A DNA stretch of 64,000 nucleotides from Actinomycetes bacterium (GTDB taxonomy: Bacteria > Actinomycetota > Actinomycetes > Actinomycetales > Microbacteriaceae), in NCBI GenBank assembly GCA_029777095.1, contig JAKOTS010000032.1, positions 135,039 to 199,038 on the forward strand, written 5' to 3'. The first letter of the stretch is position 1. Each line of letters starts with the position of its first letter. The notes under the pieces were generated by a model. It worked only from the letters and a program-made list of their open reading frames with translations, did not search any database and was not told the DNA's origin. Below are positions 1-12,012 of the stretch, in pieces. Both the position numbers and the translations under genes were made by a program.

Positions 1-306
1 GTGGCCACGGCATCCTCCCGCTCGAATCACACGCTGGTCGAGATCATCTGGTCGAACAAGTGCTACGCGGGTTGGGCCAGAATCACCCGGTACGACGAGC
101 AGGTCTCGGGCAACTCGATGACCGTGGCGATTTATCCTGAGACGGCGGCGCACGGGCCCGACCGGCAGGCAGCGACCGAACCCAACGTGCAGAGCGCGTA
201 CACCACGCTCCTCGTGCGCCCGACGCCACAGACCCGATTGTGTGCCGTGGCCGTGATCACGCTGGGCGGCGAAAGCATCGACCTCGGCGAACCGCTCTGC
301 ACATAG
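1..306 (+). CDS. 3' end of a gene truncated by the window edge; DUF2690-like domain
   Basis: Open from base 1 to TAG at 304-306. Segment VEIIWSNKCYAGWARIT resembles the VELRYSxxCxAxWAR core of DUF2690, with a second Cys near the C-terminus. Confidence 0.5.
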   Translation: MATASSRSNHTLVEIIWSNKCYAGWARITRYDEQVSGNSMTVAIYPETAAHGPDRQAATEPNVQSAYTTLLVRPTPQTRLCAVAVITLGGESIDLGEPLCT

Positions 307-325
307 CTGCAGTTGCTCTCGGGTG

Positions 326-485
326 CCGGACGCTTCGTGCACTGTCCGAAGCGTCCGGAGACGTCTGACTGGGCAGTTTCGGACACCCTCCAGAGGGCGA
401 AATTGCTTCAATAGAGCCGCGGGGGGCATTGTTCGGGTGCGCGACTGGGGTGGGGACGCGCATCCGAACTGCACCCGCGGGCTAT
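326..485. repeat. Intergenic inverted repeats / long hairpins (REP-like or terminator-like)
   Basis: Perfect 12-bp IR CCGGACGCTTCG (326-337)/CGAAGCGTCCGG (347-358). Imperfect hairpin 411-485 with inner stem GTTCGGGTGCGCG (431-443)/CGCGCATCCGAAC (457-469). Confidence 0.7.
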
Positions 486-615
486 CCAGCGTTCAGGTTG
501 CGAAGGTACGCTTGTTGCACACCGGCACGAAGGCGAGCCGATGCGTTTCATTACACCTTCCGCATCTACCCGCCCGCATTCGACCGTTCGCAACGCGTCG
601 ACGCTAGGAGGCCTT

Positions 616-1356
616 ATGTCAGGCAACGCCGACCTGGTACTGCCCGACCTGACTGGCTACGACGCCGTGCTGTTCGACCTTGACGGGGTGCTCACCCCGA
701 CCGCCGCAGTGCACATGCACGCGTGGCGCGCAATGTTCACGCAACTCTTTGCCGACTGGGGCATCACGCCCGAGTACAGCGACGCCGACTATTTTGCGAG
801 CCTCGATGGCAAGAAGCGATACGACGGCGTGGCAGCGCTCCTGCGCCAGCGCGACGTCGAGGTGCCGTGGGGCAACCCCGACGACGGCCCCGAAGCCGAG
901 ACGGTGTGCGGGATCGGCAACCGCAAGAACGTGATCTTTGCCCAGATTCTGCGTGATGAGGGCGTCGAGCCCTATCCGGGATCGGTGCGATTGCTTGACC
1001 TGTTGCGAGATGTGGGCGTGCCCGTTGCCGTCGTGTCGAGCTCGAAGAACGCGGTCGAGGTGCTCACCGCGGCCAAGCTGCTCGATCGCTTTCCGATCAT
1101 CGTCGACGGGGTCGTCGCCGAGAACGAGAACCTGCCGAGCAAGCCCGCGCCCGACGTGTTCCTCGTCGCGGCCGAGCGTCTCGGCGTGAGCCCCGCGCGA
1201 GTTGCCGCGGTCGAAGACGCGATCTCTGGCGTCGCCTCGGCCGCTGCCGGCAACTTTGCGCTCGTCGTCGGCGTCGATCGCGGCACGGGGGCCGATGCCC
1301 TGCGGGCGGCAGGCGCGCACATCGTGGTCGACGACCTTGACGAACTCGTGCCGTGA
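616..1356 (+). CDS. Beta-phosphoglucomutase-family HAD hydrolase
   Basis: HAD motif I FDLDGVLT, motif II VVSSS, KPAPD and EDA motifs. AGGAGG SD at 606-611 supports ATG 616. Adjacent to a GH65 phosphorylase. Confidence 0.9.
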   Translation: MSGNADLVLPDLTGYDAVLFDLDGVLTPTAAVHMHAWRAMFTQLFADWGITPEYSDADYFASLDGKKRYDGVAALLRQRDVEVPWGNPDDGPEAETVCGIGNRKNVIFAQILRDEGVEPYPGSVRLLDLLRDVGVPVAVVSSSKNAVEVLTAAKLLDRFPIIVDGVVAENENLPSKPAPDVFLVAAERLGVSPARVAAVEDAISGVASAAAGNFALVVGVDRGTGADALRAAGAHIVVDDLDELVP

Positions 1357-1436
1357 GGCCGAGGCATCCATTCGTTTCCACTTCACATTCTTCATCGAGC
1401 AGTTTTCGACCCGCACCCGGAGGACCACGCAGTTTC

Positions 1437-3974
1437 ATGATCGATCGCGACCGCTTTCCCGCTGATCCCTGGCGCCTCATTGAGCGCCAGCACGCCGAAG
1501 AGGATTCCGGTGTCACCGAAACGCTGTTCTCGGTGGCGAATGGATACCTCGGCATGCGCGGGAATCACCCCGAGGGCCGAGGAGCCCACGAACACGGCAC
1601 GTTCATCAACGGCCTCCACGAGACCTGGCAGATTCGGCATGCCGAGCAGGCGTATGGCTTCGCCGAGGTGGGCCAGACGATCGTCAACGCGCCCGACGCG
1701 AAGGTGATGCGGGTCTACGTCGACGAGGAGCCGCTCGCGCTCGACGTTGCAGACCTGCGCCACTATGAGCGCACGCTCGACATGCGCGAGGGCGTCATGC
1801 GGCGCGACCTCACATGGATGACCCCGTCCGGCAAGCTGGTGCGCCTCGAGTTTGAGCGGCTCGTGTCGTTCGCCGAGAAGCACCTTGCGGTCCAGAAGCT
1901 CACCGTGACGGTGCTCAACGCTGACGCGCCGGTCACGATCGCGTGCCAGCTCATCAACCGTCAAGATGGCGAAGACGAGTACGGCGGGATCCCGATCCGG
2001 CGCAAGGGTGCCGCGGGATTCGACCCGCGCAGGACCGAGCGCATGCAGGAGCGGGTGCTGGAGCCCCGCGAGCACTGGCAGGAGACCGGCCGGAGCACGC
2101 TCAGCTATAAGGTGCGCCAGTCGGGGATGACGGTTGCCGTGGTGGCCGACCACATCATTGACACTGAGAACAAGTTCACCGCCCGCACCCTCGTCGAGCC
2201 CGATATCGCCAAGAACGTGTTCCGCGTGCAGGCGAAGGCTGGCGTGCCCGTAACGGTCACCAAGCTCATCAGCTACCACTCGTCGAGGGGCGCCCCGGCG
2301 CGTGAGCTCGTCGACCGCTGCCGTCGCACGCTCGACCGAGCCCAGACCGAAGGGGTCGAGGCGATCTTCGCCCAGCAGCGCGACTGGCTGGCCGATTTCT
2401 GGGAGCGCTCCGACGTGCGCATCGGTGGTGACGACTCGTTGCAGCAGGCCGTCCGCTGGAATATTTTCCAGCTCGCGCAGGCATCCGCACGGGCCGACAG
2501 CCGGGGAATCGCGGCGAAGGGTGTCACCGGCAGCGGCTACAGCGGCCACTACTTCTGGGACACCGAGATCTACGTGATGCCGTTCCTCACCTACACAACC
2601 CCGCTCTGGGCGCGCAACGCGCTCCGCATGCGCGAGTTGATGCTTCCCGCCGCACGTCGGCGCGCGTCGCAGCTGAACGAAGCCGGGGCGCTCTTTCCCT
2701 GGCGCACGATCAATGGCGAAGAGGCATCCGCGTACTATGCCGCGGGCACCGCGCAGTACCACATCAACGCGGACGTGAGCTTCGGGCTTGCGAAGTACGT
2801 GAACGCGACCGGTGACGAAGAGTTCCTTGCGGGCCACGCGATCGACATCGCCGTTGAAACGGCGCGTCTCTGGGCGACGCTGGGTTTCTGGCGTACCACG
2901 GAGCACGCAGAAGAGTTCCACATTCACGGGGTCACTGGTCCCGACGAATACACCACGGTGGTCAACAACAACCTGTTCACGAACGTGATGGCCCGCTTCA
3001 ACCTCCGGTTTGCGGCCCGCACGGTTCGCGAGCTCATGGTCGCCGATCCGGCTGCGTTCCACCGCATGGTGCAGCGCCTGCAGCTTGATCCGAGCGAGCC
3101 CGAGGCGTGGGACCGCGCGGCGGATGCGATGTTCATTCCGTATTCGGAGGCCTTCGGCATCCACCCGCAAGATGCACTGTTCCTCGAGCGCGAGGTGTGG
3201 GACCTGGCGGCGACCCCGCCCGAGCAGCGGCCCTTGCTGCTGCACTTTCACCCGCTGGTGATCTACCGGTTCCAGGTGCTCAAGCAGGCCGATGTGGTGC
3301 TCGCGCTCTTCCTTCAGGGCAACCACTTCACGCCCGAAGAGAAGCTTGCAAACTTCGAGTACTACGACCCGCTGACCACGGGAGATTCGACGCTCTCGGC
3401 GGTTGTGCAGTCGATCATGGCGGCCGAGGTGGGATATCAAGACCTCGCGCTTTCGTACTTTACGGAGTCCCTTTTTGTCGACCTCGCCGACCTGCACCAC
3501 AATGCGGCCGACGGCGTGCACGTCGCCTCGGCGGGCGGCGTGTGGTCGGCCCTCGTGAGCGGCTTTGGCGGCATGCGCGACTATGCGGGTGAGCTCACGT
3601 TTGATCCGCGACTGCCCGCTTCGTGGCCATCGCTCGAGTTTGCGTTGCAGTGGCACGGCGGGCAGTTGCGCGTCACGATTACCGCCGACACGCTGCAGCT
3701 CGTCGTCGCAAGTGGCGGGCCGGTCGAGTTCAGCGTGCGTGGTGCGTCGTTTGTTGCGTCGATGGATGCCCCAGCCATCGTGTCGCTGGCGAACCAGGGT
3801 CCGCTCATTCCGGGCGCCCCGTCGATGCGACAGTTCGAGGGTGCGCGCCGCGAAGACGGCACGATGCTGCACGCGTCGGTGCCGACGACCGCGACCCTCA
3901 CGCTCACAGATTTGGGCGCGATGGTGCAGGCCGGCGTCGCGGCGATCGGGGCGGTGAACCCTGCCGACGTGTGA
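1437..3974 (+). CDS. Glycoside hydrolase family 65 disaccharide phosphorylase (maltose/trehalose/kojibiose type)
   Basis: NGYLGMRG N-terminal motif, YFWDTE, catalytic GPDEY, KQADV. GGAGG upstream of ATG 1437. Confidence 0.92.
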   Translation: MIDRDRFPADPWRLIERQHAEEDSGVTETLFSVANGYLGMRGNHPEGRGAHEHGTFINGLHETWQIRHAEQAYGFAEVGQTIVNAPDAKVMRVYVDEEPLALDVADLRHYERTLDMREGVMRRDLTWMTPSGKLVRLEFERLVSFAEKHLAVQKLTVTVLNADAPVTIACQLINRQDGEDEYGGIPIRRKGAAGFDPRRTERMQERVLEPREHWQETGRSTLSYKVRQSGMTVAVVADHIIDTENKFTARTLVEPDIAKNVFRVQAKAGVPVTVTKLISYHSSRGAPARELVDRCRRTLDRAQTEGVEAIFAQQRDWLADFWERSDVRIGGDDSLQQAVRWNIFQLAQASARADSRGIAAKGVTGSGYSGHYFWDTEIYVMPFLTYTTPLWARNALRMRELMLPAARRRASQLNEAGALFPWRTINGEEASAYYAAGTAQYHINADVSFGLAKYVNATGDEEFLAGHAIDIAVETARLWATLGFWRTTEHAEEFHIHGVTGPDEYTTVVNNNLFTNVMARFNLRFAARTVRELMVADPAAFHRMVQRLQLDPSEPEAWDRAADAMFIPYSEAFGIHPQDALFLEREVWDLAATPPEQRPLLLHFHPLVIYRFQVLKQADVVLALFLQGNHFTPEEKLANFEYYDPLTTGDSTLSAVVQSIMAAEVGYQDLALSYFTESLFVDLADLHHNAADGVHVASAGGVWSALVSGFGGMRDYAGELTFDPRLPASWPSLEFALQWHGGQLRVTITADTLQLVVASGGPVEFSVRGASFVASMDAPAIVSLANQGPLIPGAPSMRQFEGARREDGTMLHASVPTTATLTLTDLGAMVQAGVAAIGAVNPADV

Positions 3975-4033
3975 TCTCGGGCGGGAGCGGCGGGATGCCT
4001 CGGTGTTCACAGGCCGGTGTCGGTGGCACGCCG

Positions 4034-4039
4034 TAGGCT
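4034..4039 (+). promoter_or_regulatory. -10 element (TAGGCT) of a probably leaderless dnaX transcript
   Basis: TANNNT hexamer 6 nt before the GTG start; no SD. Confidence 0.6.
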
Positions 4040-4045
4040 AGTCAC

Positions 4046-6331
4046 GTGACGACCGCACTATACCGCCGCTACCGGCCCGAGACCTTTGCCGAGATGATCG
4101 GGCAGTCGCAGGTGACCGAGCCGTTGATGGCCGCGCTTCGCGCGGATCGCGTCAACCATGCCTACCTGTTTTCGGGCCCACGAGGCTGTGGCAAGACGAC
4201 GTCGGCGCGCATCCTCGCGCGCTGTCTGAACTGTGCCGAAGGCCCGACCGACCACCCCTGTGGCGTGTGCCCGAGCTGTGTCGAGCTCTCGCGTGCCGGC
4301 GGCGGTTCGCTCGACGTCGTCGAGATTGACGCGGCGAGCCACAACGGTGTCGACGACGCCCGCGACCTGCGCGAACGAGCGATCTTCGCGCCGGCCCGCG
4401 ACCGATTCAAGATCTTCATCCTTGACGAGGCGCACATGGTGACGCAGCAGGGGTTCAACGCCCTGCTGAAGCTGGTCGAAGAGCCGCCCGACCACGTGAA
4501 GTTCATCTTCGCGACGACCGAGCCCGAGAAGGTGCTCGGCACCATTCGCTCGCGCACCCACCACTATCCGTTCCGGCTCGTGCCGCCCGGCGCGATGCTT
4601 GACTACGTCGGGCAGCTCTGCGAGACGGAGGGCGTCGTGGTGCAGCCCGGCGTGCTGCCGCTGGTTGTGCGTGCAGGTGGGGGCTCGCCGCGCGACACCC
4701 TCTCGCTGCTCGACCAGCTCATCGCCGGTTCGGGCAACGACCCGGTCGCCTACGAGCGGGCCGTTTCGCTCCTTGGCTACACGCACGGTGAGCTGCTCGA
4801 CGTCGTGGTCGACGCGCTGGGTGCGCGCGACGCGGCGGCCGCGTTCGGTGGCATCGACCGCGTCGTGCAGACCGGGCAAGACCCAAGGCGCTTCGTCGAC
4901 GACCTGCTTGAGCGCCTGCGCGACCTCATCGTGGTGGCCGCGACCGGCGAAGGGGCATCCGCTGTGCTTCGCGGTGTGCCGGCCGACGAGCTCGCGCGTA
5001 TGGGCCAGCAAGCCTCGGTGTTCGGCTCAGACGCGCTCTCGAAGGTGGCCGATCTCGTGAGCGCGGCGCTCGACGACATGAGCGGTGCCACCTCGCCGCG
5101 CCTCCAGCTTGAGCTGATGGTTGCGCGAGTGTTGACGGCGACGGGTGTTGGCGCTGGCACTGCGGGCTCCGCTGGTGCTGGCGCTCCCGCCGGTCCTGGT
5201 GGCGCGCCGCAGACAGTTGCGGTGGCTCCGGTTGCAACGACTCCGGCCGCGGTGCCTCCGGTTGCAGCGCCTTCGGCTGCAGTGCCACCGGTTGTCGCGC
5301 CCGCGGCTCCCGAGCGCACTGTTGCCGCCGTGGTTGAGGCTCCGGCGGTGCCTGCGCCGGTGGCCGAGCTTGCGCCCACGCCGACCGGCCCCGTGACCTT
5401 CGAGCGCATGCGCGAGGCCTGGCCCACGGTGCTCACTCACCTGCAAGACATCAGCCGGGCTTCCTGGCTACTCGCGAGCGGCGCACGAGTGCTCGCATTC
5501 GATGACGACGTGCTGACGTTGGCATTCCAGAGTCAGAACGATGTCGCCAAGTTCCGGCAACTTATGCGCGGCGAAGGGCCGAGCGAAGACCTGCGCACCG
5601 CGATCATCGCCGTGCTGGGGGTGCGTGTGAAATATATTGCGCGCCACGAGGCACAACGCCAAAACGACCAGACGCCGGTGCCGCGCGACGAAGACGCGCC
5701 CTCCGGCGACCCCGACCCGGCCGAATATCCGCCGTACGATGCCGGGCCGGCCGAGCGCGCAGAGGCGACCGAGGCTGCGGCCCCGGCCCCGGCCCCGGCG
5801 GGTCGGGCGCCTGCGCCGGTCGCCGTGTCGACTCACGCTCCAGCACCCGAGCGGGCGGCGCAGGCTGCTCCGGCTCCCCGTGCTGCTCCGGCAACGCAGC
5901 CCGCTCCGGCGGTGACTGCTCCGGCAACGCAGCCCGCTCCCGCGCCGACCGCTCCGGCCGTTGTCGACGGCTGGTTCGTCGCACCCATCCCCGGTGCGCC
6001 CAGCGCCGCGCTCGCGGTCGACGACGAACCAGAAGATGTGCGGCTCGGGGTTTCGGCGCGGCTCGGGGCGGCGGCATCCACCGATGGCATCGCGCTCGCA
6101 CCCGAACGCACAGAAGATGAAGACGACGATGGTGCGGGCAACCTCGACATCACGGGGCCGGGCACCGCGCCGGCGCTGCCCGATCGCGGCACGCGCCGCC
6201 CGACGGTGTCGAGTCGCGCGCCGATCTCGGGTGTGCAGCGTTACGGCGAGCCCGTGGTGCGGCAGGTGCTCGGTGCAACATTCCTGCATGACGAACCCTA
6301 CGAACCGCGCACGCGCTTCGGGGAAGGCTGA
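4046..6331 (+). CDS. dnaX: DNA polymerase III subunit gamma/tau
   Basis: [11 protein letters not shown], Walker [10 protein letters not shown]4 zinc motif, DEAHM, SRC-like TIRSRT, long Pro/Ala-rich C-terminal linker; directly before recR. Confidence 0.96.
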   Translation: MTTALYRRYRPETFAEMIGQSQVTEPLMAALRADRVNHAYLFSGPRGCGKTTSARILARCLNCAEGPTDHPCGVCPSCVELSRAGGGSLDVVEIDAASHNGVDDARDLRERAIFAPARDRFKIFILDEAHMVTQQGFNALLKLVEEPPDHVKFIFATTEPEKVLGTIRSRTHHYPFRLVPPGAMLDYVGQLCETEGVVVQPGVLPLVVRAGGGSPRDTLSLLDQLIAGSGNDPVAYERAVSLLGYTHGELLDVVVDALGARDAAAAFGGIDRVVQTGQDPRRFVDDLLERLRDLIVVAATGEGASAVLRGVPADELARMGQQASVFGSDALSKVADLVSAALDDMSGATSPRLQLELMVARVLTATGVGAGTAGSAGAGAPAGPGGAPQTVAVAPVATTPAAVPPVAAPSAAVPPVVAPAAPERTVAAVVEAPAVPAPVAELAPTPTGPVTFERMREAWPTVLTHLQDISRASWLLASGARVLAFDDDVLTLAFQSQNDVAKFRQLMRGEGPSEDLRTAIIAVLGVRVKYIARHEAQRQNDQTPVPRDEDAPSGDPDPAEYPPYDAGPAERAEATEAAAPAPAPAGRAPAPVAVSTHAPAPERAAQAAPAPRAAPATQPAPAVTAPATQPAPAPTAPAVVDGWFVAPIPGAPSAALAVDDEPEDVRLGVSARLGAAASTDGIALAPERTEDEDDDGAGNLDITGPGTAPALPDRGTRRPTVSSRAPISGVQRYGEPVVRQVLGATFLHDEPYEPRTRFGEG

Positions 6332-6336
6332 GGCCC

Positions 6337-6933
6337 GTGTACGACGGCATTGTTCAAGAGCTGATTGACGAGTTCGGGCGGCTCCCCGGGGTGGGCCCAA
6401 AGTCGGCCCAGCGCATCACCTTCCACATTTTGCAGACGCCAAACTTTGACGTCTCACGGCTGGCGCACCTGCTGGCAGAAGTGCGTGAAAAGGTGCGCTT
6501 TTGCGAGGTGTGCGGCAACGTCGCCGAGCAGGAGCGTTGCGGTGTCTGCCGCGATCCTCGCCGCAGCGGCGAGGTGATTTGCGTGGTTGAAGACGCAAAA
6601 GACGTGGCGGCGATCGAGCGCACGCGCGAGTTCAAGGGGCTCTATCACGTGCTCGGCGGCGCGATCAGCCCGATCGACGGCGTCGGCCCCGACGACCTGC
6701 GCATCACGCAACTCGTGCAACGGCTCGCCGACGGCACCGTCAAAGAGGTCATCCTCGCGACAAACCCCAACCTTGAGGGCGAGGCGACGGCGACCTACCT
6801 CAGCCGGTTGCTCACGGTGCTTGAAGTTCGGGTCACGCGGCTGGCTTCGGGCCTGCCCGTTGGCGGTGACCTCGAGTACGCCGACGAGGTGACGCTGGGC
6901 CGCGCATTTGAGGGTCGCAGGGTCGTCGGCTGA
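6337..6933 (+). CDS. recR: Recombination mediator RecR
   Basis: [11 protein letters not shown] HhH, CxxC...CxxC zinc finger, [34 protein letters not shown]. Confidence 0.97.
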   Translation: MYDGIVQELIDEFGRLPGVGPKSAQRITFHILQTPNFDVSRLAHLLAEVREKVRFCEVCGNVAEQERCGVCRDPRRSGEVICVVEDAKDVAAIERTREFKGLYHVLGGAISPIDGVGPDDLRITQLVQRLADGTVKEVILATNPNLEGEATATYLSRLLTVLEVRVTRLASGLPVGGDLEYADEVTLGRAFEGRRVVG

Positions 6934-7063
6934 GGCATCCGCTCACCAAAGCGTGTGGGGTCGCATGCCCGTTCGATACATGAACCGCGAGGCATGTGTG
7001 GCTCCGTAAGATAGACGATTGGGTGCAGTGCCGACCCAACCATTTTTTCGTGGGAGAGCAATT

Positions 7064-8350
7064 GTGGCGTTGATCGTGCAGAAGTATGGTGGCTCGTCCG
7101 TCGCCGATGCTGAGGGCATCCTCCGTGTCGCGAAGCGGGTCGTTGACACGCGCCGGGCAGGCCACGATGTTGTTGTCGCCGTGAGTGCGATGGGTGACAC
7201 CACCGACGAGCTGCTCGACCTTGCGGCGCACGTTGCGCCGGTGCCCGCGCCGCGTGAGCTCGACATGCTGCTCTCGAGCGGCGAGCGCATCTCGATGGCG
7301 TTGCTCGCGATGGCGATCAACTCGCTCGGGTTCGAGGCTCGCTCGTTCACCGGGAGCCAGGCGGGAATGATCACAGATGCGCACCACGGTTCGGCGCGCA
7401 TCGTCGACGTCACGCCCGTGCGCCTGCGCGAAGCCCTCGATGAGGGTGCGGTCGTCATCGTGGCTGGCTTCCAGGGCTTCAACCGCGATACCCGCGACAT
7501 TACGACGCTCGGTCGCGGTGGCTCCGACACGACCGCCGTCGCGCTTGCCGCCGCGCTCAACGCCGAGGTGTGCGAAATCTACAGCGACGTCGACGGCATC
7601 TACACCGCCGATCCCCGTGTCGTGCCGCGGGCACGCAAGATGGATCGGATCTCGAGCGAAGAGATGCTCGAACTCGCCGCGAATGGCGCCAAGGTGCTCT
7701 ACATCCGCGCCGTCGAGTTCGCACGCCGTCACGGCGTGCTCATCCACGCACGTTCATCGTTTAGCTCCAACGAGGGCACCCTCGTTATCAATGAATTGCT
7801 CAGCGAGAAGCTGAGAGCTGAAGGAGATCCCATGGAAGAGCCAATCGTCGCAGGCGTCGCTACCGACCTCAGCCACGCCAAGATCACGATCGTGGGCGTT
7901 CCCGACGTGCCCGGCAAGGCCGCCGACATCTTCACGATCGTCGCGAAGGCCGGCGCCAACGTCGACATGATCGTGCAGAACGTCTCCGCCGCAGCCACCG
8001 GTCGCGCCGACATCTCGTTCACGTTGCCCATGGCGGACGCCACGCTCGCAATCAACGCGCTCATCGCGTCGCAGGCCGAGGTCGGCTTCGAGAGCCTGCA
8101 GCACGACGACGGCATCGGCAAGCTCTCGGTCGTTGGCGCGGGCATGCGTACCAACGCCGGTGTCTCCGCGAAGCTGTTCGAAGCGCTTTCTGACGCGGGC
8201 ATCAACATCGAGATGATCTCGACCAGCGAGATTCGCATCTCCGTCGTGATGCGCGGCGACAAGCTGCCCGAGGCGGCACGCGTCGTGCACACGGCATATG
8301 GCCTCGACAGCGAGATCGACGCTGCCGTGCACGGCGGCACCGGGCGCTAG
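7064..8350 (+). CDS. lysC: Aspartate kinase
   Basis: [11 protein letters not shown] start, [12 protein letters not shown], two ACT domains ending ISTSEIRIS; upstream of asd. Confidence 0.96.
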   Translation: MALIVQKYGGSSVADAEGILRVAKRVVDTRRAGHDVVVAVSAMGDTTDELLDLAAHVAPVPAPRELDMLLSSGERISMALLAMAINSLGFEARSFTGSQAGMITDAHHGSARIVDVTPVRLREALDEGAVVIVAGFQGFNRDTRDITTLGRGGSDTTAVALAAALNAEVCEIYSDVDGIYTADPRVVPRARKMDRISSEEMLELAANGAKVLYIRAVEFARRHGVLIHARSSFSSNEGTLVINELLSEKLRAEGDPMEEPIVAGVATDLSHAKITIVGVPDVPGKAADIFTIVAKAGANVDMIVQNVSAAATGRADISFTLPMADATLAINALIASQAEVGFESLQHDDGIGKLSVVGAGMRTNAGVSAKLFEALSDAGINIEMISTSEIRISVVMRGDKLPEAARVVHTAYGLDSEIDAAVHGGTGR

Positions 8351-8494
8351 CCCGAGCGCTGCCCCTGCTCGCTACCCTTCCCCGCCCTGCTTTCGGCGCC
8401 CACCCGCGCCGCGTTTCGCCGTCCGGTCCACGTGGGCCGCGGCATCCAGAGTTCGCCCGTACAATCGGGTAACCCCCAAAACCCAGATCGTTGA

Positions 8495-9586
<1,092 letters not shown>

Positions 9587-9604
9587 CGCGCAAAACTGAC
9601 GTGC

Positions 9605-9640
9605 AAGGACGGCCGCGGCATTTTGCCCGGCCGTCCTTTT
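9605..9640 (+). terminator. Intrinsic terminator after asd
   Basis: AAGGACGGCCG / CGGCCGTCCTT stem followed by T residues. Confidence 0.8.
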
Positions 9641-9739
9641 GCGTGCAAAGATTCGCAAATTTTCAGCGAATCGGATGCTTGAGCTCTTGTGGGTGTCATC
9701 GAATTTAGGTAGAAGGGCCCACGCACCTAGACTTGACGA

Positions 9740-11212
9740 GTGAAGAGAACAGTCGACGTCGTCCTCATTGGTGGCGGCATCATGAGCGCAACCCTCGGCA
9801 CCCTGATTAAGAAGCTCCAGCCAGAGTGGACCATCGAGGTGTTTGAGCGGCTTAGTGATGTTGCGTTGGAGAGCTCCAATGCCTGGAACAACGCTGGCAC
9901 TGGCCATGCGGCGCTCTGTGAGCTCAACTACATGCCCGAAGCGAGCGACGGTTCCGTCGACCCGGGCAAGGCCGTGAGCATCAACGAGCAGTTCCAGCAG
10001 AGCCGCCAGCTGTGGTCGTCGCTGATCGAGGAAGGCGTCCTCGATGGCCCCTCAACCTTCATCAACTCGACCCCCCACATGACGTTTGTGCAGGGCGAGA
10101 AGGGTGTCTCCTACCTGAAGCGCCGCTACGAGGCGCTTCGCCACGAGCCGCTTTTCGCCGGCATTGAGTACAGCGAAGACAGCCGCGTCATCCACAAGTG
10201 GGCACCCCTGCTGATGAAGCAGCGCCGCAAGGGCGAAGTCTTTGCCGCCACGCGCGTGCCCGCCGGTACCGACGTCGATTTCGGCGCGCTCACCCACCAG
10301 CTCGTTGACAACCTGCGCGAGCAGGGTGTGAGCGTGCAGACCAACACCGAGGTGCGAAACCTCCGCCGCGCCAGCGACGGCACATGGAACGTCAACTTCC
10401 GCCGCACCATCGGCAAGACGCCCGGCAGCATCAACGCGCGCTTCGTCTTCGTTGGCGCGGGCGGCTGGGCGCTCAAGCTTCTGCAGTCATCGGGCATCGA
10501 CGAAATCAAGGGCTTCGGCGTCTTCCCCATTGGCGGACAGTTCTTGAAGACCAGCGACCCGAAGATTGTCGCTGAACACCAGGCCAAGGTCTATTCGCAG
10601 GCATCCGTCGGTGCACCGCCGATGTCGGTCCCGCACCTCGACACCCGTGTCGTCGACGGCACCGCATCGCTGATGTTCGGCCCATTTGCCACGTTCAGCC
10701 CGAAGTTCCTCAAGAACGGCAAGATCACCGACATCGTCGCGCAGGTTCGCCCGTCGAACCTTGGCACGATGCTCAAGGTCGCGTTCGACAACCCGGGGCT
10801 CATCAAGTACCTCGTCACCGAGCTGCTCAAGAACCACAGCAAGAAGGTCGAAAGCCTGCGCGAGTTCATGCCGTCGGCGAAGAACGCCGACTGGGAGCTC
10901 ATCAACGCGGGCCAGCGCGCTCAGGTCATGAAGCGCGACCCGAAGACCGGGCCCGCGCTGCAGTTTGGCACCGAGGTCATCACCTCGGCCGACGGCACAA
11001 TCGCGGGTCTGCTCGGTGCTTCACCCGGCGCATCGACGGCCGTGTCGATCATGCTCGACCTGCTGGGGCGATGCTTCCCAGAACACATTGACGGCTGGAA
11101 GCCCAGCCTGCGCGAGCTCATCCCGAGCTATGGCACAACGCTGAACACCGACCGCGCGGCCGCAGAAGCCTCGATGAAGGCAACGGCCGAGGTGCTCTCG
11201 ATCAACTTGTAG
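9740..11212 (+). CDS. mqo: Malate:quinone oxidoreductase
   Basis: DVVLIGGGIMSATLG, ESSNAWNNAGTGH, GAPPMSVPHLD, AGQRAQVMK, LLGASPGAST. TAGACT -10 (9728-9733) 6 nt before GTG. Confidence 0.96.
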   Translation: MKRTVDVVLIGGGIMSATLGTLIKKLQPEWTIEVFERLSDVALESSNAWNNAGTGHAALCELNYMPEASDGSVDPGKAVSINEQFQQSRQLWSSLIEEGVLDGPSTFINSTPHMTFVQGEKGVSYLKRRYEALRHEPLFAGIEYSEDSRVIHKWAPLLMKQRRKGEVFAATRVPAGTDVDFGALTHQLVDNLREQGVSVQTNTEVRNLRRASDGTWNVNFRRTIGKTPGSINARFVFVGAGGWALKLLQSSGIDEIKGFGVFPIGGQFLKTSDPKIVAEHQAKVYSQASVGAPPMSVPHLDTRVVDGTASLMFGPFATFSPKFLKNGKITDIVAQVRPSNLGTMLKVAFDNPGLIKYLVTELLKNHSKKVESLREFMPSAKNADWELINAGQRAQVMKRDPKTGPALQFGTEVITSADGTIAGLLGASPGASTAVSIMLDLLGRCFPEHIDGWKPSLRELIPSYGTTLNTDRAAAEASMKATAEVLSINL

Positions 11213-11289
11213 CCGCGTTTTCGCGGGGGAGAGTGGATGCCGCAGCCGGGGCATCCACTGAACGTCTGTCAGTTCCGTAGAATCGGCGA

Positions 11290-11922
11290 GTGGCCAAACT
11301 CTATTTCCGTTACGGGGCGATGAACTCGGGCAAGTCGACCGCCCTTTTGCAGGCCGCGTACAACTACGAAGAGCGCGGCCAGCACGTGCTGCTCGCGAAG
11401 CCGCGCATCGACACCAAGGGTGCCGACCAGGTTTCGAGCCGCCTCGGGATGACCCGGGCCGTCGACTTTCTGATCGGCGCAAACGACGATGCCCGCGGCC
11501 TGTTTGCGGAGCACCAGGCTCGCGTGCGCGGCTCGCATGAAGAGCTCTCGGGCCTCAGCACAGGGCCGCGTGAGGTGGCGTGCTTGCTGATCGACGAGGC
11601 GCAGTTCTTGTCGCCCGTGCAGGTCGACGATCTGTTGCGGATCGCCGTGATCGATAACATTCCCGTGATGGCATATGGGATCCGCACCGACTTTCGTACG
11701 GCCGCGTTTCCAGGCTCGCGGCGCCTGCTCGAGATCGCGCACAGCCTGGAAGAGTTGAAGACCATCTGCCGGTGCGGTCGCAAGGCGCTCTTCAACGGGC
11801 GTCTGGTCGACGGTGCGTTCATCTTCGACGGCGACCAGGTTGCCATCGACGGGCAAGAAGTGACGTACGAGTCGCTGTGCGGCCACTGCTACCTCCAGGA
11901 GTCGGGCGGCCACCTCGGCTGA
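11290..11922 (+). CDS. tdk: Thymidine kinase
   Basis: GAMNSGKST Walker A, IDEAQF, GIRTDF, CxC and CxxC zinc ligands. TAGAAT -10 (11278-11283) 6 nt before GTG. Confidence 0.95.
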   Translation: MAKLYFRYGAMNSGKSTALLQAAYNYEERGQHVLLAKPRIDTKGADQVSSRLGMTRAVDFLIGANDDARGLFAEHQARVRGSHEELSGLSTGPREVACLLIDEAQFLSPVQVDDLLRIAVIDNIPVMAYGIRTDFRTAAFPGSRRLLEIAHSLEELKTICRCGRKALFNGRLVDGAFIFDGDQVAIDGQEVTYESLCGHCYLQESGGHLG

Positions 11923-12012
11923 GGTTGACCTGTTGACTGTGTTGCGGACTGCGATGCGGTCTGCGGCTGCGTCTTTGCGCGTGCCCCGCGGGGCAGCGCA
12001 TAGGCTTGGTCA

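Noticed and set aside
306-615. SRP RNA (ffs) or tRNA-Ser, often found upstream of dnaX in actinobacteria
   Set aside because: No SRP domain IV motif (CAGG...GGAA...GCAGC) or tRNA cloverleaf on either strand; only unrelated hairpins.
1392-4010. Long antisense and alternate-frame ORFs (e.g. 1392-4010, 46523-48208, 21834-22799, 14891-16234)
   Set aside because: They shadow well-supported genes, have no family motifs and are Arg/Ala/Pro-rich, as expected from stop-codon scarcity in high-GC DNA.
4046-6331. Programmed frameshift producing the gamma subunit from dnaX
   Set aside because: No A AAA AAG or poly-A/T slippery site is visible; the Pro/Ala-rich linker is ordinary for actinobacterial DnaX.
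11290-11922. Thymidine kinase as a sign of phage origin
   Set aside because: It is a normal bacterial-type TK with a host-like leaderless promoter and no phage neighbours.
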